A DNA stretch of 64,000 bases, taken from NCBI GenBank assembly GCA_024346625.1, contig AP024666.1, positions 496,001 through 560,000 on the forward strand. Reading direction: 5' to 3'. Shown here in pieces: positions 1 to 12,202 of this stretch; the first letter of the stretch is position 1, and each line of letters starts with the position of its first letter. The notes beneath the pieces were generated by a model that saw only the letters and a program-made list of their open reading frames with translations, ran no database searches and had not been told where the DNA came from. The position numbers and the translations under genes were made by a program. This stretch comes from Williopsis jadinii. Lineage: Eukaryota.

Positions 1-420
1 ACCTACAACAAACAGTTACCATTAAGCGCACAATAGTCTGAACTTTCAATTAATAAAACTCGCAGCAATAATCAGTACTACTCAGGTATTAACAAAGTGA
101 TTCTCACCCATCTAGATACAAAAGAGATTAACGCTCTTTAACACGTTTTTTCAGCGTTTTTTATTTCTTTTTTTTTTGCTCGTTCCGTGGTTTGCAAACA
201 TCAAAAATGAGGCTCAGAGGTGTTTTTGTTTTTGATTGGTGGAATGTCTAATCTGGGTCTGCATTGGCATAGAATTCACCCTCACCCAAATTCCAATGAT
301 ATTTACGAGTTTCCCGATTATAGCGAACATCAAACATCCATACACCACTGTTTACATTCCTTACGTAAGATCTGCAGTTTTGCGGTTTGTTTTCATTGTT
401 CTCCAAAGACGTTCCGAACG

Positions 421-454
421 TTTTTGTGCTTTTTAGCTCAATTTGACACAAAAA
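421..454. promoter_or_regulatory. Ndt80 middle-sporulation elements (MSE) upstream of FKS3
   Basis: GACACAAAAA at 445-454 (+) and TTTTTGTGCT at 421-430 (AGCACAAAAA on -), 100-130 bp upstream of the ATG at 554; matches the CRCAAAA MSE core. Confidence 0.6.
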
Positions 455-553
455 CAATAAGGCCAAAGAAACTCGTTGCCGTCAGAGAAGACAAGATGCT
501 AGGGTCAGAGTTGGTAGTGAAATTGTATCCGATACAGAAGTGGGAATACCAGT

Positions 554-3500
554 ATGCCCACAGTACCTGATCTTCATGAATCAACAGGTGTTGATGAGAA
601 GATTATGCCAAATGATCATATCTCCACTGAACCTGTACCTGATATACACCCGAGAAACTTAGAAGATGGTATCGCAGGCATTGAACACAATGATTGGAAG
701 GAAGACACGAGTTTACCCGTGAATGCACTACATGATTCTCGTGATGCCTTTCCTTCATGGAACAACGACGACTGTCCCATTACACAGGCTGAGATATACC
801 ATATCTTTGAGAAGCTACGCGACAAATTTGGTTTCCAATGCTCCAGCATGGAGAATATGTTTGACCACTTGATGGTACAACTTGATTCTAGGGCGTCTAG
901 GTTCCATCCTCTCCATGCCTTGACATCGTTACATGCTTCATACATCGGTGGTGAGAACTCCAACTATAAAAAATGGTTCTTTGCAGCACGGCTCGATTTA
1001 GATGAAGAGGTTGGCTTCTCGAACATGAAGTTATACGGCCTGGCACACAGACGCAACAAAAAGATAGCCAAAAGGAAGAATGTGGATATCAAGGAGGCTC
1101 GTAAAAGGGCAAAGGTACTGCAGGATGAATTTGCAGACAATTATATGAAGATACAGTACACGCCCGAGGAATTGGAGAGGAACTTTGATTTCATAATCGC
1201 AGATTATAAGTGGAAGATGAAGATGCAAGATCTAACACCTGCACAACAAGTTGAACAAATAGCTCTATACTTGTTGATATGGGGTGAATCAAATCAAATG
1301 AGATTCTTACCAGAGTGTATTTGTTTTATTTACAAATGTGCTTACGATTACTACGTATCACTTGAGTGCCAATCTTCGAATGAAAAGGTTCCAGAAGGCG
1401 AGTTTTTGGACAGCATTGCAACGCCCATATACAGGTTTTTGAGGGGTCAAATATACAAGATCTCAAGTGACGGTTCCATGACTCGTCGGGAACGAGACCA
1501 TAAGGATATTATAGGATACGACGATGTAAATCAGTTATTTTGGTATCCAGAAGGGATTGAACGTATTAAAATGAAGTCAACAGGGGAACGCTTGGTTGAT
1601 ATTCCATTATCTCTAAGGTACTTATCATTGAAAGATGCTGACTGGGGGAATGCATTCTACAAGACTTATCGAGAGACAAGAACCTGGCTCCATTTAGCCA
1701 CAAACTTCAATAGAATATGGATAATTCACCTCTCGTCCTTCTGGTTCTTCACCTGTTTCAATTCTCCAACTCTCTACACCCACAATTACATGCAGTTATT
1801 GGATAACCCACCCACAAAACAGAGCCAACTCTCACTGATAGCGCTTGGAGGTACTCTTGTTTGCTTTATTCAACTTCTCGCAACAATTGCAGAATGGCAC
1901 TTCGTTCCTCGAGAATGGCCTGGAGCCCGACTGTTGTTTCCAAGATTTTTGTGCTTGGTATTGATCACGGTTATTAATGTATCACCATCGGTGTTCATAT
2001 TTGGATATTTCGACTTGGAAACACATTCCAATTTTGCCTACATGTTATCAATTGTACAGTTGGTTATCGCTATAATTACAGCCATATACTTCGCTTGGAG
2101 ACCTCTTGGGTCACTTTTCACCTCTAAGACATTCTCGGGCCAGAATAGAAGCCATGTTGCATCTCAAACATTCACTGCAGCGTTTTCGAAGCTTCAAGGT
2201 CGAAGTTATTGGTTTTCAATCTTTCTCTGGTCTTCTATCTTTCTTGCCAAATACATCGAATCTTACTTCTTCTTGACATTATCTCTAAGAGACCCAATTA
2301 GAGTCTTATCGATAATGGAGATGACGCGCTGTGTTGGTGATGTATACATAGGAAAGTTCTTATGCAGGCATCAGGCGCATATAACACTAGGGTTGGTATA
2401 TCTGACGGACTTGATATTGTTCTTCCTCGACACATACTTATGGTACATTGTCTGCAATTGTATATTCTCCATGATGTTATCATTTGCGTTGGGAATTTCC
2501 ATCTTGACTCCCTGGAGAAACGTCTATTCAAGGTTACCCAAAAGGATATACTCTAAAGTTATTGCAAGTGCTGATATGGAGGTAAAATACAAGCCAAAGA
2601 TCTTAATCTCCCAGGTTTGGAATGCAGTGATAATTTCAATGTACAGAGAACACTTATTACCTGTCGAGATGGTACATAAACTTCTTTATCACCAGGTCCC
2701 CTCTGAAGTTGCGGGAAGGAAAACATTGAAGTCACCAAGCTTTTTCATTGCACATGATGATTCGACATACAAATCAAGTGAGTTCTTCCCACCAAATTCT
2801 GAAGCTCAAAGACGTATATCCTTCTTCGCACAGTCACTTTCAACTCCTATACCAGAACCGATAGCTGTGGAATGTATGCCTGTTTTTACTGTTTTGATTC
2901 CTCACTACGGAGAGAAGATTATTCTTTCCCTCAAAGAGATCATTAAGGAGGCTAATATGAACACAAAGATCACCCTATTAGAGTATTTGAAGAAGTTGTA
3001 TCCAACAGAATGGGAGTGTTTTGTCGCTGATACTAAACTGATGGCAAAGGATAATGGACTCTTACCAGATGCCAGAACCAAATTTGACACGACCCGGAAA
3101 AAGTCAGTGTCTAGCGGAGGGAGTTTGAACCACCACTTGGAAGCTCTGGATCGAACTCAAAGTATTTCAGAGGATGCTGTGGTGACAATAAGACTCAAAA
3201 AAGGAAAATCGTCACCTCCTAATACCCCAAGGGTTATCCCGGAGACACCGATTCTTGAGAACGAGGAAATTCCGATGTCATCAGATGATAATATGAGACG
3301 GACAAAGATAGATGACTTACCCCTTTACTGCCTTGGATTCAAGGATGAATCTCCGGAATACGTTTTGAGAACAAGAATATGGGCGTCCTTGAGAACTCAG
3401 ACGTTATACCGGACGGCTTCTGGGTTTGTTAACTATGTTCGGGCATTGAAACTTCTTTATCGAATTGAGAATCCAGACATGGTTCAATTTTACAAGAATG

Positions 3501-6163
3501 ATCAGCAGGCGTTAGAGGATGACTTAGAGATAATGGCTCACAGAAAATTCAAGATGGTGATTGCGATGCAGAGATTGGCCAGTTTCAAGGCCCATGAAAG
3601 AGAAGAAACCGATTTTCTTTTGAAAGCTTTCCCTGAAATAAAAGTGGCCTATCTTCTGAAAGAAAAGAACCCAGATGATCCTGATGGAGAACAGGTCTTT
3701 TACTCCTGTCTTATTGATGGATACTGTAAATTGGATGACGATGGAAACAGGATCCCCATTTATAAGGTACGTCTATCAGGGAATCCAATTTTGGGCGATG
3801 GAAAGTCGGATAACCAAAACCATGCCTTGATATTCTATCGAGGTGAGTATATACAAGTCGTTGATGCCAACCAAGATAACTATTTAGAAGAGTGTATCAA
3901 GATAAGATCACTCTTAGCTGAGTTCGAAGAGTTGAATTTGGACACGCCACTACCTTATATACCGGGTATCATCACGAAGAGGGCACCAGATCCTGTGGCT
4001 ATAGTAGGTACACGGGAATACATATTTTCGGAGAATATTGGTGTTCTTGGAGATGTTGCAGCTGGAAAAGAGCAGACGTTTGGAACATTGTTTGCAAGAA
4101 CATTGGCAGAAATCGGAGGGAAATTGCATTATGGACACCCAGACTTTCTCAATGCAATATTTATGACTACTCGTGGTGGTATATCCAAAGCCCAGAAAGG
4201 ATTACATTTAAATGAAGACATATACGCTGGAATGAATGCCTTATTGCGAGGAGGAAGAATCAAGCATTGTGACTATTACCAATGTGGAAAAGGACGAGAC
4301 TTGGGTTTTGGATCCATTTTGAACTTCACTACAAAGATTGGAGCTGGGATGGGAGAGCAAATTTTATCAAGGGAGTATTATTATTTGGGCACTCAGCTAC
4401 CACTTGACAGATTTCTCTCCTTCTATTATGCACACCCTGGATTCCATATAAATAACCTCTTCATTGTTTTGTCAGTCCAGATGTTCATGATTGTGTTGGT
4501 TAACATAGGCGCTTTGAAACACGAATCAATTATCTGCAACTACGACAAAGATGTTCCATACACAGACCTCCAGGAACCTTTGGGCTGCTACATGCTTCAA
4601 CCTGTGCTTAACTGGGTTACAATTTTCATCTTCTCCGTCTTCCTTGTATTTTTTATTGCTTTCACTCCTCTTCTCATTCAAGAGATGACAGAAAGAGGTC
4701 TCTGGCGAGCGTTTGCACGATTCTTCCATCACATTATCTCACTCTCACCACTTTTTGAGGTATTTGTGTGTCAAATTTATGCGAATTCGTTGTTGACCGA
4801 TGTAACTTTTGGTGGGGCTCGATATATCAGTACAGGTCGTGGGTTTGCAATGTCAAGAGTTCACTTTTTCTATCTCTATTCCAAGTTCACATCATCCTCA
4901 ATATATGCGGGAGCCAAAATCTTTTTGATGTTGCTATTCGCAACGTTAACTATATGGCAACCGGCGTTGTTATGGTTCTACATTACATTGGTATCAATGA
5001 TCCTTGCTCCGTTTATTTTCAACCCTCACCAGTTCTCTTTTCAGGATTTTTTTGTTGATTATAGGGACTTCATTCATTGGCTATCCAGAGGTAACAATAA
5101 TCATCGTTCAAATTCATGGATATCATTTGTCAAGCATTCTCGTTCTCGCTACACTGGATACAAGAAGCGCATGATTGGCGATCCTTCTGAGATTGGTGTG
5201 CAAGAAGTTAGAAAATCACGTATTTGGGATACCTATTTTACAGAATTGATTGTGCCCTTGTTGAATGGGATATTCTTATTTTTTGCATACAGCTTCATTA
5301 ACTCACAGAATGGAGTAAGGAATGTCAAGCCGACTAAGGCAATACTAAGGTTGGTAATTTTGACTTTTCTTCCCATCGTCATAAATGCAGTTATTTTAGC
5401 TGTTGTATTCGGAGTCTCTATTTTGGCTGGGACTCTTTGTTTCTTTACTTCCCTAGCATCAGTTTTTGCATCATTCACTCATGCATTGTCAGTTTTGATC
5501 TATGTTGGCCTATTTGAATTGATCTGGTTTCTTGAAGGGTGGAACTTTGTGAGATCTCTCTCTTGTCTTCTTTGTATTATTAGCTTCCAGGAAGTTGTGT
5601 TCGCATTTTTATCCACTCTTGTGCTTAGTAGAGAGTACAAACATGATAAATTCAACCGCATGTGGTGGTCTGGTCGTTGGATCAGTAAGAAAGTTGGATG
5701 GAGACTGATATTGGCTCCATCGAGGGAGTATATTGTGAAGATAATGGAAATGAGTCAGTTCGCATTGGATTTCATATTGGGACACTCCATTCTTTTTGTT
5801 CAGACACCGTTTGTTTTCATACCTTTTATTGATAAGTTTCACACAATGATTTTGTTGTGGTTACAACCTGATAAACAACACAAGAGATTTTTTACAAAGA
5901 GCAAAAAGAGACGTCGTCTTGTAATCGTGGTGAAGTATTTCATTCTTTATTTCCTAGTGATTGGAATGTTCATGATGCTGCTTCTTGTACCTTTGCTTAC
6001 CGCTAAATACATTCCAGAGTTGTATTTGTCATTGGAAGACGGTCCTCTTAATGGTCTAATACAACCAAACAATCAATGGAATGACGATACTGGTGTGAAT
6101 GTTACAAGCACGATTATTACTACAACCGGTACTATGCCTGTTTTCAAAACTCACCCTTGGTGA
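554..6163 (+). CDS. FKS3: 1,3-beta-glucan synthase, Fks3-type (GT48), 1869 aa
   Basis: FKS motifs (LDSRASR, GYDDVNQLFWYPEG, GDGKSDNQNHA, HYGHPDFLN, QCGKGRDLGFG) and many TM segments; short N-terminus; adjacent to GAS1 and PSE1 as for S. cerevisiae FKS3. Confidence 0.9.
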   Translation: MPTVPDLHESTGVDEKIMPNDHISTEPVPDIHPRNLEDGIAGIEHNDWKEDTSLPVNALHDSRDAFPSWNNDDCPITQAEIYHIFEKLRDKFGFQCSSMENMFDHLMVQLDSRASRFHPLHALTSLHASYIGGENSNYKKWFFAARLDLDEEVGFSNMKLYGLAHRRNKKIAKRKNVDIKEARKRAKVLQDEFADNYMKIQYTPEELERNFDFIIADYKWKMKMQDLTPAQQVEQIALYLLIWGESNQMRFLPECICFIYKCAYDYYVSLECQSSNEKVPEGEFLDSIATPIYRFLRGQIYKISSDGSMTRRERDHKDIIGYDDVNQLFWYPEGIERIKMKSTGERLVDIPLSLRYLSLKDADWGNAFYKTYRETRTWLHLATNFNRIWIIHLSSFWFFTCFNSPTLYTHNYMQLLDNPPTKQSQLSLIALGGTLVCFIQLLATIAEWHFVPREWPGARLLFPRFLCLVLITVINVSPSVFIFGYFDLETHSNFAYMLSIVQLVIAIITAIYFAWRPLGSLFTSKTFSGQNRSHVASQTFTAAFSKLQGRSYWFSIFLWSSIFLAKYIESYFFLTLSLRDPIRVLSIMEMTRCVGDVYIGKFLCRHQAHITLGLVYLTDLILFFLDTYLWYIVCNCIFSMMLSFALGISILTPWRNVYSRLPKRIYSKVIASADMEVKYKPKILISQVWNAVIISMYREHLLPVEMVHKLLYHQVPSEVAGRKTLKSPSFFIAHDDSTYKSSEFFPPNSEAQRRISFFAQSLSTPIPEPIAVECMPVFTVLIPHYGEKIILSLKEIIKEANMNTKITLLEYLKKLYPTEWECFVADTKLMAKDNGLLPDARTKFDTTRKKSVSSGGSLNHHLEALDRTQSISEDAVVTIRLKKGKSSPPNTPRVIPETPILENEEIPMSSDDNMRRTKIDDLPLYCLGFKDESPEYVLRTRIWASLRTQTLYRTASGFVNYVRALKLLYRIENPDMVQFYKNDQQALEDDLEIMAHRKFKMVIAMQRLASFKAHEREETDFLLKAFPEIKVAYLLKEKNPDDPDGEQVFYSCLIDGYCKLDDDGNRIPIYKVRLSGNPILGDGKSDNQNHALIFYRGEYIQVVDANQDNYLEECIKIRSLLAEFEELNLDTPLPYIPGIITKRAPDPVAIVGTREYIFSENIGVLGDVAAGKEQTFGTLFARTLAEIGGKLHYGHPDFLNAIFMTTRGGISKAQKGLHLNEDIYAGMNALLRGGRIKHCDYYQCGKGRDLGFGSILNFTTKIGAGMGEQILSREYYYLGTQLPLDRFLSFYYAHPGFHINNLFIVLSVQMFMIVLVNIGALKHESIICNYDKDVPYTDLQEPLGCYMLQPVLNWVTIFIFSVFLVFFIAFTPLLIQEMTERGLWRAFARFFHHIISLSPLFEVFVCQIYANSLLTDVTFGGARYISTGRGFAMSRVHFFYLYSKFTSSSIYAGAKIFLMLLFATLTIWQPALLWFYITLVSMILAPFIFNPHQFSFQDFFVDYRDFIHWLSRGNNNHRSNSWISFVKHSRSRYTGYKKRMIGDPSEIGVQEVRKSRIWDTYFTELIVPLLNGIFLFFAYSFINSQNGVRNVKPTKAILRLVILTFLPIVINAVILAVVFGVSILAGTLCFFTSLASVFASFTHALSVLIYVGLFELIWFLEGWNFVRSLSCLLCIISFQEVVFAFLSTLVLSREYKHDKFNRMWWSGRWISKKVGWRLILAPSREYIVKIMEMSQFALDFILGHSILFVQTPFVFIPFIDKFHTMILLWLQPDKQHKRFFTKSKKRRRLVIVVKYFILYFLVIGMFMMLLLVPLLTAKYIPELYLSLEDGPLNGLIQPNNQWNDDTGVNVTSTIITTTGTMPVFKTHPW

Positions 6164-7502
6164 CGATGTTAAATATTACCATAGCCTCTTCCCTTGTTTT
6201 TGTTAATTGAAATGCTATTGACCATTATTGGGTAGTACTATGCACTCGGATCAACATGGTACTAATTATGCAAGGCTTAGAATCTTTTTTTTGAATTTGC
6301 CTGGTAGTTGAGCACTGCCACTTCACACACAGCCTTAACCAGCAGGTGATATACACAGCACCTACAACATTGTTTTGGAATTGTTGTTGATTGATAGCTT
6401 GTCTATGATTGTTGTTAACTTGATATTGGTTCAAAGATGGCAGTTTTCCAAGGACCAGAATATCAATTACAATGTTGGTTTGTACAGCGTATGTTTCCTT
6501 ATCAGAGATCTAACAGAGCTGAACGGCAAATATATGACTTCAACTTACACACAAGGTTGAGGCAATACTAATGGTGCATTAAGAATCCTCGGGAGTTTAG
6601 CTTTGAGGCGTTTGAATCTCAGCTCGGCAGAGCTATCGCTACATCGTCACATCCCCCTGTGATTCTCAGAAGAAGCTCCGAGAGCATACCTTGCATTCTC
6701 TGATTCAAGGACGCTTTGTAAATAGACTTCCTCTGTAATTCTGATGACGTATCACGTCGTTCATCATCAATTTCTTAGCTCTTGGTGTTTACTTTGAATA
6801 TTTGTATTCAAGAAATTTTGTATCGACGTCAGCTTTTTCATCTGGAGAGCTGGGAGATACTAATTTCCACTCGAGAGCAATCCAACATGTCACGCCAATA
6901 CCATTTTCTACATTTGCGTATTGATGTAAAAATAACCACGGTTCCGTGCCAAGTTGATGTTAGGGGGTTCGGTTTCTTGGAGGTTTTAACATCGTCGTCC
7001 GAGGTGAAGGCACAGCAAAATTAACATCAAGCCACTTTACTGGAGCAAAAGAAAAAGAGAGCAGTGGGCTGTGATCAGACCAGTTTTTTTCTTCTGTAGA
7101 TTATGGTTAGAAATGATCAGATATAATCGTGATGACGGCTATTTGAAATATAAATTTAGTGCAGTTTGGGAGCCCAATTGGGCATCATGTATACGTGCGT
7201 CAAGAGACATGAGACGCTTCCTGCAAATTGATCAAGAAACACGCTCAAAAGAGGAGACGCGATAGGAATTCGAAGGAGGTGTCGTTTTTTGACGACTTAT
7301 ATTTCCCATTGGAGTAATTAAACACAGCCACCCTTGGAGGCTTCTGCGCAAAAACTGTTGCGCCAAAGACCATTTGGGGCATAAAAACATTTTTTGTGCA
7401 TGACTCCACATGACCATACAGGCTATGACCAGAACTCTTTTCAACTTCTACTTGGTATACAGTGTACATCGTATAATGTAGGCTGAGTGTATACACAACA
7501 TG

Positions 7503-7520
7503 TATATATATATATATATA
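7503..7520. repeat. (TA)9 microsatellite, probably the TATA region of the first GAS gene
   Basis: tatatatatatatatata about 150 bp upstream of the ATG at 7671. Confidence 0.8.
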
Positions 7521-7670
7521 CTGGAGTTCTTTCTCTTGAATCCCTAGGCATTGTGATCCGATCCATCCAACTATTGCCCCTTTCGTTCCTTTCTTGTCTT
7601 TAGAGCACTGTCTTCAAAAGATTACCAACTGTTCAAAACTATCGCTTAAAATCAGAAGGAAGTAAAGACA

Positions 7671-9296
7671 ATGTTGTTCCAAAACCTTGCAATTGTGGCC
7701 AGCACCATTGGTTTAGTGGCTGCAGAGCTCCCAGCGATCGAAATCGTCGGTAACAAGTTCTTCTTCTCGAACAATGGTTCTCAGTTTTACATGAGAGGTA
7801 TTGCCTACCAACAGGATACCTCTAATGTTACTGATGGTTCCACCTTTGTTGATCCGTTGGCCGACGGTGAGGCCTGTGCTAGAGATATTCCTTACCTGTC
7901 TGCCGTGAAGACCAATACGATCCGTGTTTATGCCTTGAACGAAACCCAAGACCACACGGAATGTATGCAATTGTTAGACGATGCTGGAATCTACGTTATT
8001 GCGGATTTATCCGAGCCATCTCTCTCTATCAACAGAGACGATCCGAGTTGGACGGTTGAGCTGTACAACCGTTACACCAAGATTGTCGATGAGTTCCAAA
8101 ACTATACAAACATCTTGGGCTTTTTCGCCGGTAACGAGGTGACCAACGATTACACCAACACGGATGCATCTGCCTTTGTCAAGGCCGCTGTTAGAGATAC
8201 AAAGGCATACATCAGAGACCAAAACTACAGAAGTATCCCAGTTGGTTATTCTTCCAATGATGATGCGGACACCCGTGTTGCCATTGCTGACTACTTCGTT
8301 TGTGGTGATGAAGATGAAAGAGCCGATTTCTACGGTATCAACATGTACGAATGGTGTGGTCAGTCCACTTTCGAAGAGTCTGGTTACGCTGACAGAACTG
8401 AAGAATTCAGCAACTTAACCGTTCCTGTATTCTTCTCTGAATATGGCTGTAACGAAGTCCAACCAAGAGAATTCACCGAGGTTCAGGCTCTTTACGGTAA
8501 AAATATGACTGACGTGTGGTCTGGTGGTATTGTCTACATGTACTTTGAGGAAGAGAACAACTACGGTCTTGTCACAGTCAGCGGTGATAGTGTTTCTACA
8601 CTTGCTGATTACTCATACTACTCAGAGGAAATCAACAGCATCTCTCCAACCTCTGCAGAGTCTTCCGATATCAGCACCAGCGACGCTACATTGGCTTGTC
8701 CAACCGGCTTCAAATATTGGAGTGCTTCCACTGATCTTCCACCAACCCCAGACGAAGGCTTGTGTGATTGTATGGAGAATTCCCTCTCATGTGTCGTATC
8801 CAGTGATGTTGACGAAGATGACTACGACGACCTGTTTGCCGTTGTATGTGGTTATGTTGACTGTAGTGGTATTAGTGCCAACGGTACCACTGGCGAGTAC
8901 GGTTCTTATTCCTTCTGTAACGCCAAACAACAGTTGTCATTTGTTCTGGACTTGTACTACAAAGACCAGAGCAGCGCTGCCCGTGCATGTTCCTTTGACG
9001 GGTCTGCAACACTTACAGGCCAATCCAGCACTGCAAGTGAATGTTCAAGTGCCTTGAACGCTGCTGGTAGTGTGGGAACTGGTGAAGTCAGCGGCACTGT
9101 ATCAAAAACAGGATCAGACACTTCAACTGACGGCGGTTCTGCAACTGGATCAGCCACTTCAACCGCGTCAGGATCTTCCACCTCAACGGCCAGCTCTGTT
9201 GCTTGTGCTGTCAGAGTCCCAGGCTCTGAAAGCATCGTCGCCCTTGCAATTGGTATTACCGTTGCAGTAACCGGATTCACCTTGACGTTGATCTGA
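7671..9296 (+). CDS. GAS1: GPI-anchored 1,3-beta-glucanosyltransferase (GH72 + X8/Cys-box), copy A
   Basis: Signal peptide, GNKFF..NGSQFY.RGIAYQ, catalytic FAGNEV and FSEYGC motifs, Cys-box, Ser/Thr-rich stalk, hydrophobic C-terminal GPI signal. Confidence 0.92.
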   Translation: MLFQNLAIVASTIGLVAAELPAIEIVGNKFFFSNNGSQFYMRGIAYQQDTSNVTDGSTFVDPLADGEACARDIPYLSAVKTNTIRVYALNETQDHTECMQLLDDAGIYVIADLSEPSLSINRDDPSWTVELYNRYTKIVDEFQNYTNILGFFAGNEVTNDYTNTDASAFVKAAVRDTKAYIRDQNYRSIPVGYSSNDDADTRVAIADYFVCGDEDERADFYGINMYEWCGQSTFEESGYADRTEEFSNLTVPVFFSEYGCNEVQPREFTEVQALYGKNMTDVWSGGIVYMYFEEENNYGLVTVSGDSVSTLADYSYYSEEINSISPTSAESSDISTSDATLACPTGFKYWSASTDLPPTPDEGLCDCMENSLSCVVSSDVDEDDYDDLFAVVCGYVDCSGISANGTTGEYGSYSFCNAKQQLSFVLDLYYKDQSSAARACSFDGSATLTGQSSTASECSSALNAAGSVGTGEVSGTVSKTGSDTSTDGGSATGSATSTASGSSTSTASSVACAVRVPGSESIVALAIGITVAVTGFTLTLI

Positions 9297-9774
9297 GATC
9301 ATGAACTGTTTCTAATTTTCAAGCATATACGAATTACCTTAAAAAATGATCCCATGAAGTTCCAGCCATTCCAACACCGGTAGAGCTATACCCCAAAGAG
9401 ATGTACGTCGTCTATTTCTCCTCAGATGGCTGTCGAGCGCACATCGTCAAAGACATCAAATTATGGCCGCCAACGTACAATCAAACATCACAGGCGTCGG
9501 ACATCGGGCATTGGACATCGAACGCGTCCACAATTCACTACCGTTGTGGTTGTGCATAGGACGTGTGGACGATACGAGCGCTGTTTCAACGCTCCGCCAA
9601 CGCTTACATTTCCTCATGATCTCATCGAACATCCCCCGTGATGCGCTTTGTTGAGTCCGGGGATCTAGCCCGGCACGTGAGCCTTCAAAGCTTCACGCGA
9701 ACAACACAGCGCTTGTTCAAAGGTTTGTTTATTTTTGGACATTGGACGTTTTATTCCCTCGAGGAAGGCCCGAG

Positions 9775-9805
9775 CGCGACTCCGCGACTCCGCGACTCCG
9801 CGACT
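9775..9805. repeat. 8-bp tandem repeat (CGCGACTC)x~4
   Basis: cgcgactc cgcgactc cgcgactc cgcgact read directly in the inter-GAS region. Confidence 0.9.
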
Positions 9806-10499
9806 GTCAACAAAAACTCGTTGGCTGTGGTAGAGAGGGAGGGGGTGGTGGTGGTGCACGCTGTGTGTGTCGCCGACCGACCGTTTTGGCTGTGTACAAA
9901 TCACCTAAAACAGACAACAACAAGTAAACAAAGCAACATTGGCTGTAAGATATGACAACAGGAAAGGGATTATGGGAGACGGAACAGCGGGGGGGGGAAT
10001 GAAGCACTGTTACACCTTGCCGAGAGAGATTACAGGTTGTTCTCGTTTGGGCCATAATTGGACCTCATTGGGCCCTCATCTCTTCACACTGGCCATTCCC
10101 TCTGTCCAATTGGGCGTGGGAACGAAGATCAACACCACCTCATCTTCCCATGCACGGTGATTTGATTTGGGCAGCTTCCCCTTCCAACTTGGGCGTTTCT
10201 TTTCGGGCCTCGTTTTCTCATGCCGCTTGAATCCAAAACAAAAACGCGCTCTTGGGAGCCTCGCAGGGGATGTTTGTGGTTTTTTGTACTCCAACGCATC
10301 GATTTTGCACAAACTCAGCCGGTGGAATTCTCGAAGACGTTGATTCACAGCATTTCCCTAATTTGACGAAAAAGTTTGTTTTGGAATTTAAACCAGCCAA
10401 ATCCCACAAACTTTCCCCCTTCCTTCCTTCCTTCCTCTGCTGCTACTGCTCTTGTTATTCTGTCACTGGCTTAAGGACAAGACTATCTATTCTAATACA

Positions 10500-12131
10500 A
10501 TGAGATTCAACTGGGCCTTGGCTTCTGCGTTCGCTGGTGTTGCTCTTGCTAACCAGGACACTGAGGGAACCGACGCTTCCGTGCCAACCATCGAGGTTAT
10601 TGGTAACAAGTTCTTCTACAGCAATAACGGCTCGCAGTTCTACATCAAGGGTATCGCCTACCAGCAGGATACCGCCAATGCGTCTGCCGACGTGACATTC
10701 GTCGACCCGTTGGCTGACATCGACTCCTGTAAGAGAGACTTGCCATACTTGCAAGAGTTGTACACCAACACCTTGAGAGTGTACGCCATCAACACATCTG
10801 TCTCCCACAAGGAGTGTATGGATTTGTTTGCCGAGGCTGGTATCTACATCATTGCTGATTTGTCCCAACCTTCCGAGTCTATCAACAGAGATAGTCCTGA
10901 ATGGAACTTGGAACTCTACAAGAGATACACAGACACGGTCGATGCCTTGTCGAACTACACAAATGTTTTGGGTTTCTTTGCCGGTAACGAAGTCACCAAC
11001 AACGTTACAAACACCGATGCTTCTGCATTTGTTAAGGCTGCTGTTAGAGACACTAAGGCCTACATCAAGGCTCAAGGTTACAGAGACATTCCAGTTGGTT
11101 ACTCCTCAAACGATGATTCTGACATCCGTGTTGCCATTGCTGACTACTTTGCCTGTGGTGATGAGGATGTTAAGGCTGATTTCTTTGGTATCAACATGTA
11201 CGAATGGTGTGGTGACTCCACTTTCAAGGAGTCTGGTTACGCTGACAGAACTGCGGAGTTCGAGAACTTGACTATTCCAATCTTCTTCTCTGAATACGGC
11301 TGTAACGAGGTCCAACCAAGAGAATTCACCGAGGTTCAGGCTCTTTACGGTTCTGACATGACTGATGTCTGGTCAGGTGGTATTGTCTACATGTACTTTG
11401 AGGAAGCTAACAACTACGGTCTTGTCACAGTCAGCGGTGATGAAGTTTCCACGTTGGCTGATTTCAACAACTTGAAGACTGAGTTGGCTTCTATTGATCC
11501 AACTTCTGCCACTTCTGGTAGCGTTAAGACAACCTCCCTTGCTTGTCCTGCTGAGGCTTCTACATGGCGTGCATCTGCCGAGCTTCCTCCAACTCCAGAT
11601 GAGGCTGTTTGTGACTGTTTGGATTACACTTTGGCTTGTGTTGTTGACAGCAGCGTTGATGAAGAGGATTACAGTGATCTCTACTCCATTGTGTGTGGTA
11701 TGACCGACTGTAGTGCAATTAGTGCCAATGGTACTAGTGGTGTCTATGGTGCGTTCTCTTACTGTGGTGACAAGGCTAAGTTGTCCTATGTTCTCAACCA
11801 ATACTACGTTGATAACGGTAAGCACTCCACCGACTGTGACTTTGGTGGCTCTGCTTCTTTGGTTTCTACATCCACAGCTTCTACCTGTTCTTCGATCTTG
11901 TCAAGTGCAAGTGCTGCAGTTTCTAACGCTGCCACTTCTACAGCATCAGGTTCCGATTCCGCTTCCGGTTCTTCTTCAACTTCTTCATCTACCGCATCTG
12001 CTTCTGCATCTGCTTCATCCACTGGTAAGAGTTCTGCTGGTGCAGTCAACCCAGTCGGTGCTTCCAACGTTGCACTTTTGATGACTATCGGTACTTTCTT
12101 CACAGTTAGCATGGGTGCTTTCTTGTTCTAA
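10500..12131 (+). CDS. GAS1: GPI-anchored 1,3-beta-glucanosyltransferase (GH72 + X8), tandem copy B
   Basis: ATG at 10500 ([11 protein letters not shown] signal peptide); same GH72 catalytic motifs, Cys-box, Ser-rich stalk and GPI tail as copy A. Confidence 0.92.
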   Translation: MRFNWALASAFAGVALANQDTEGTDASVPTIEVIGNKFFYSNNGSQFYIKGIAYQQDTANASADVTFVDPLADIDSCKRDLPYLQELYTNTLRVYAINTSVSHKECMDLFAEAGIYIIADLSQPSESINRDSPEWNLELYKRYTDTVDALSNYTNVLGFFAGNEVTNNVTNTDASAFVKAAVRDTKAYIKAQGYRDIPVGYSSNDDSDIRVAIADYFACGDEDVKADFFGINMYEWCGDSTFKESGYADRTAEFENLTIPIFFSEYGCNEVQPREFTEVQALYGSDMTDVWSGGIVYMYFEEANNYGLVTVSGDEVSTLADFNNLKTELASIDPTSATSGSVKTTSLACPAEASTWRASAELPPTPDEAVCDCLDYTLACVVDSSVDEEDYSDLYSIVCGMTDCSAISANGTSGVYGAFSYCGDKAKLSYVLNQYYVDNGKHSTDCDFGGSASLVSTSTASTCSSILSSASAAVSNAATSTASGSDSASGSSSTSSSTASASASASSTGKSSAGAVNPVGASNVALLMTIGTFFTVSMGAFLF

Positions 12132-12202
12132 GGGAGAATAATTATAAACCATGATAATGTATGTGAACGTGTTTTTCTTTTGTATACAATTTGCATGTAG
12201 AT

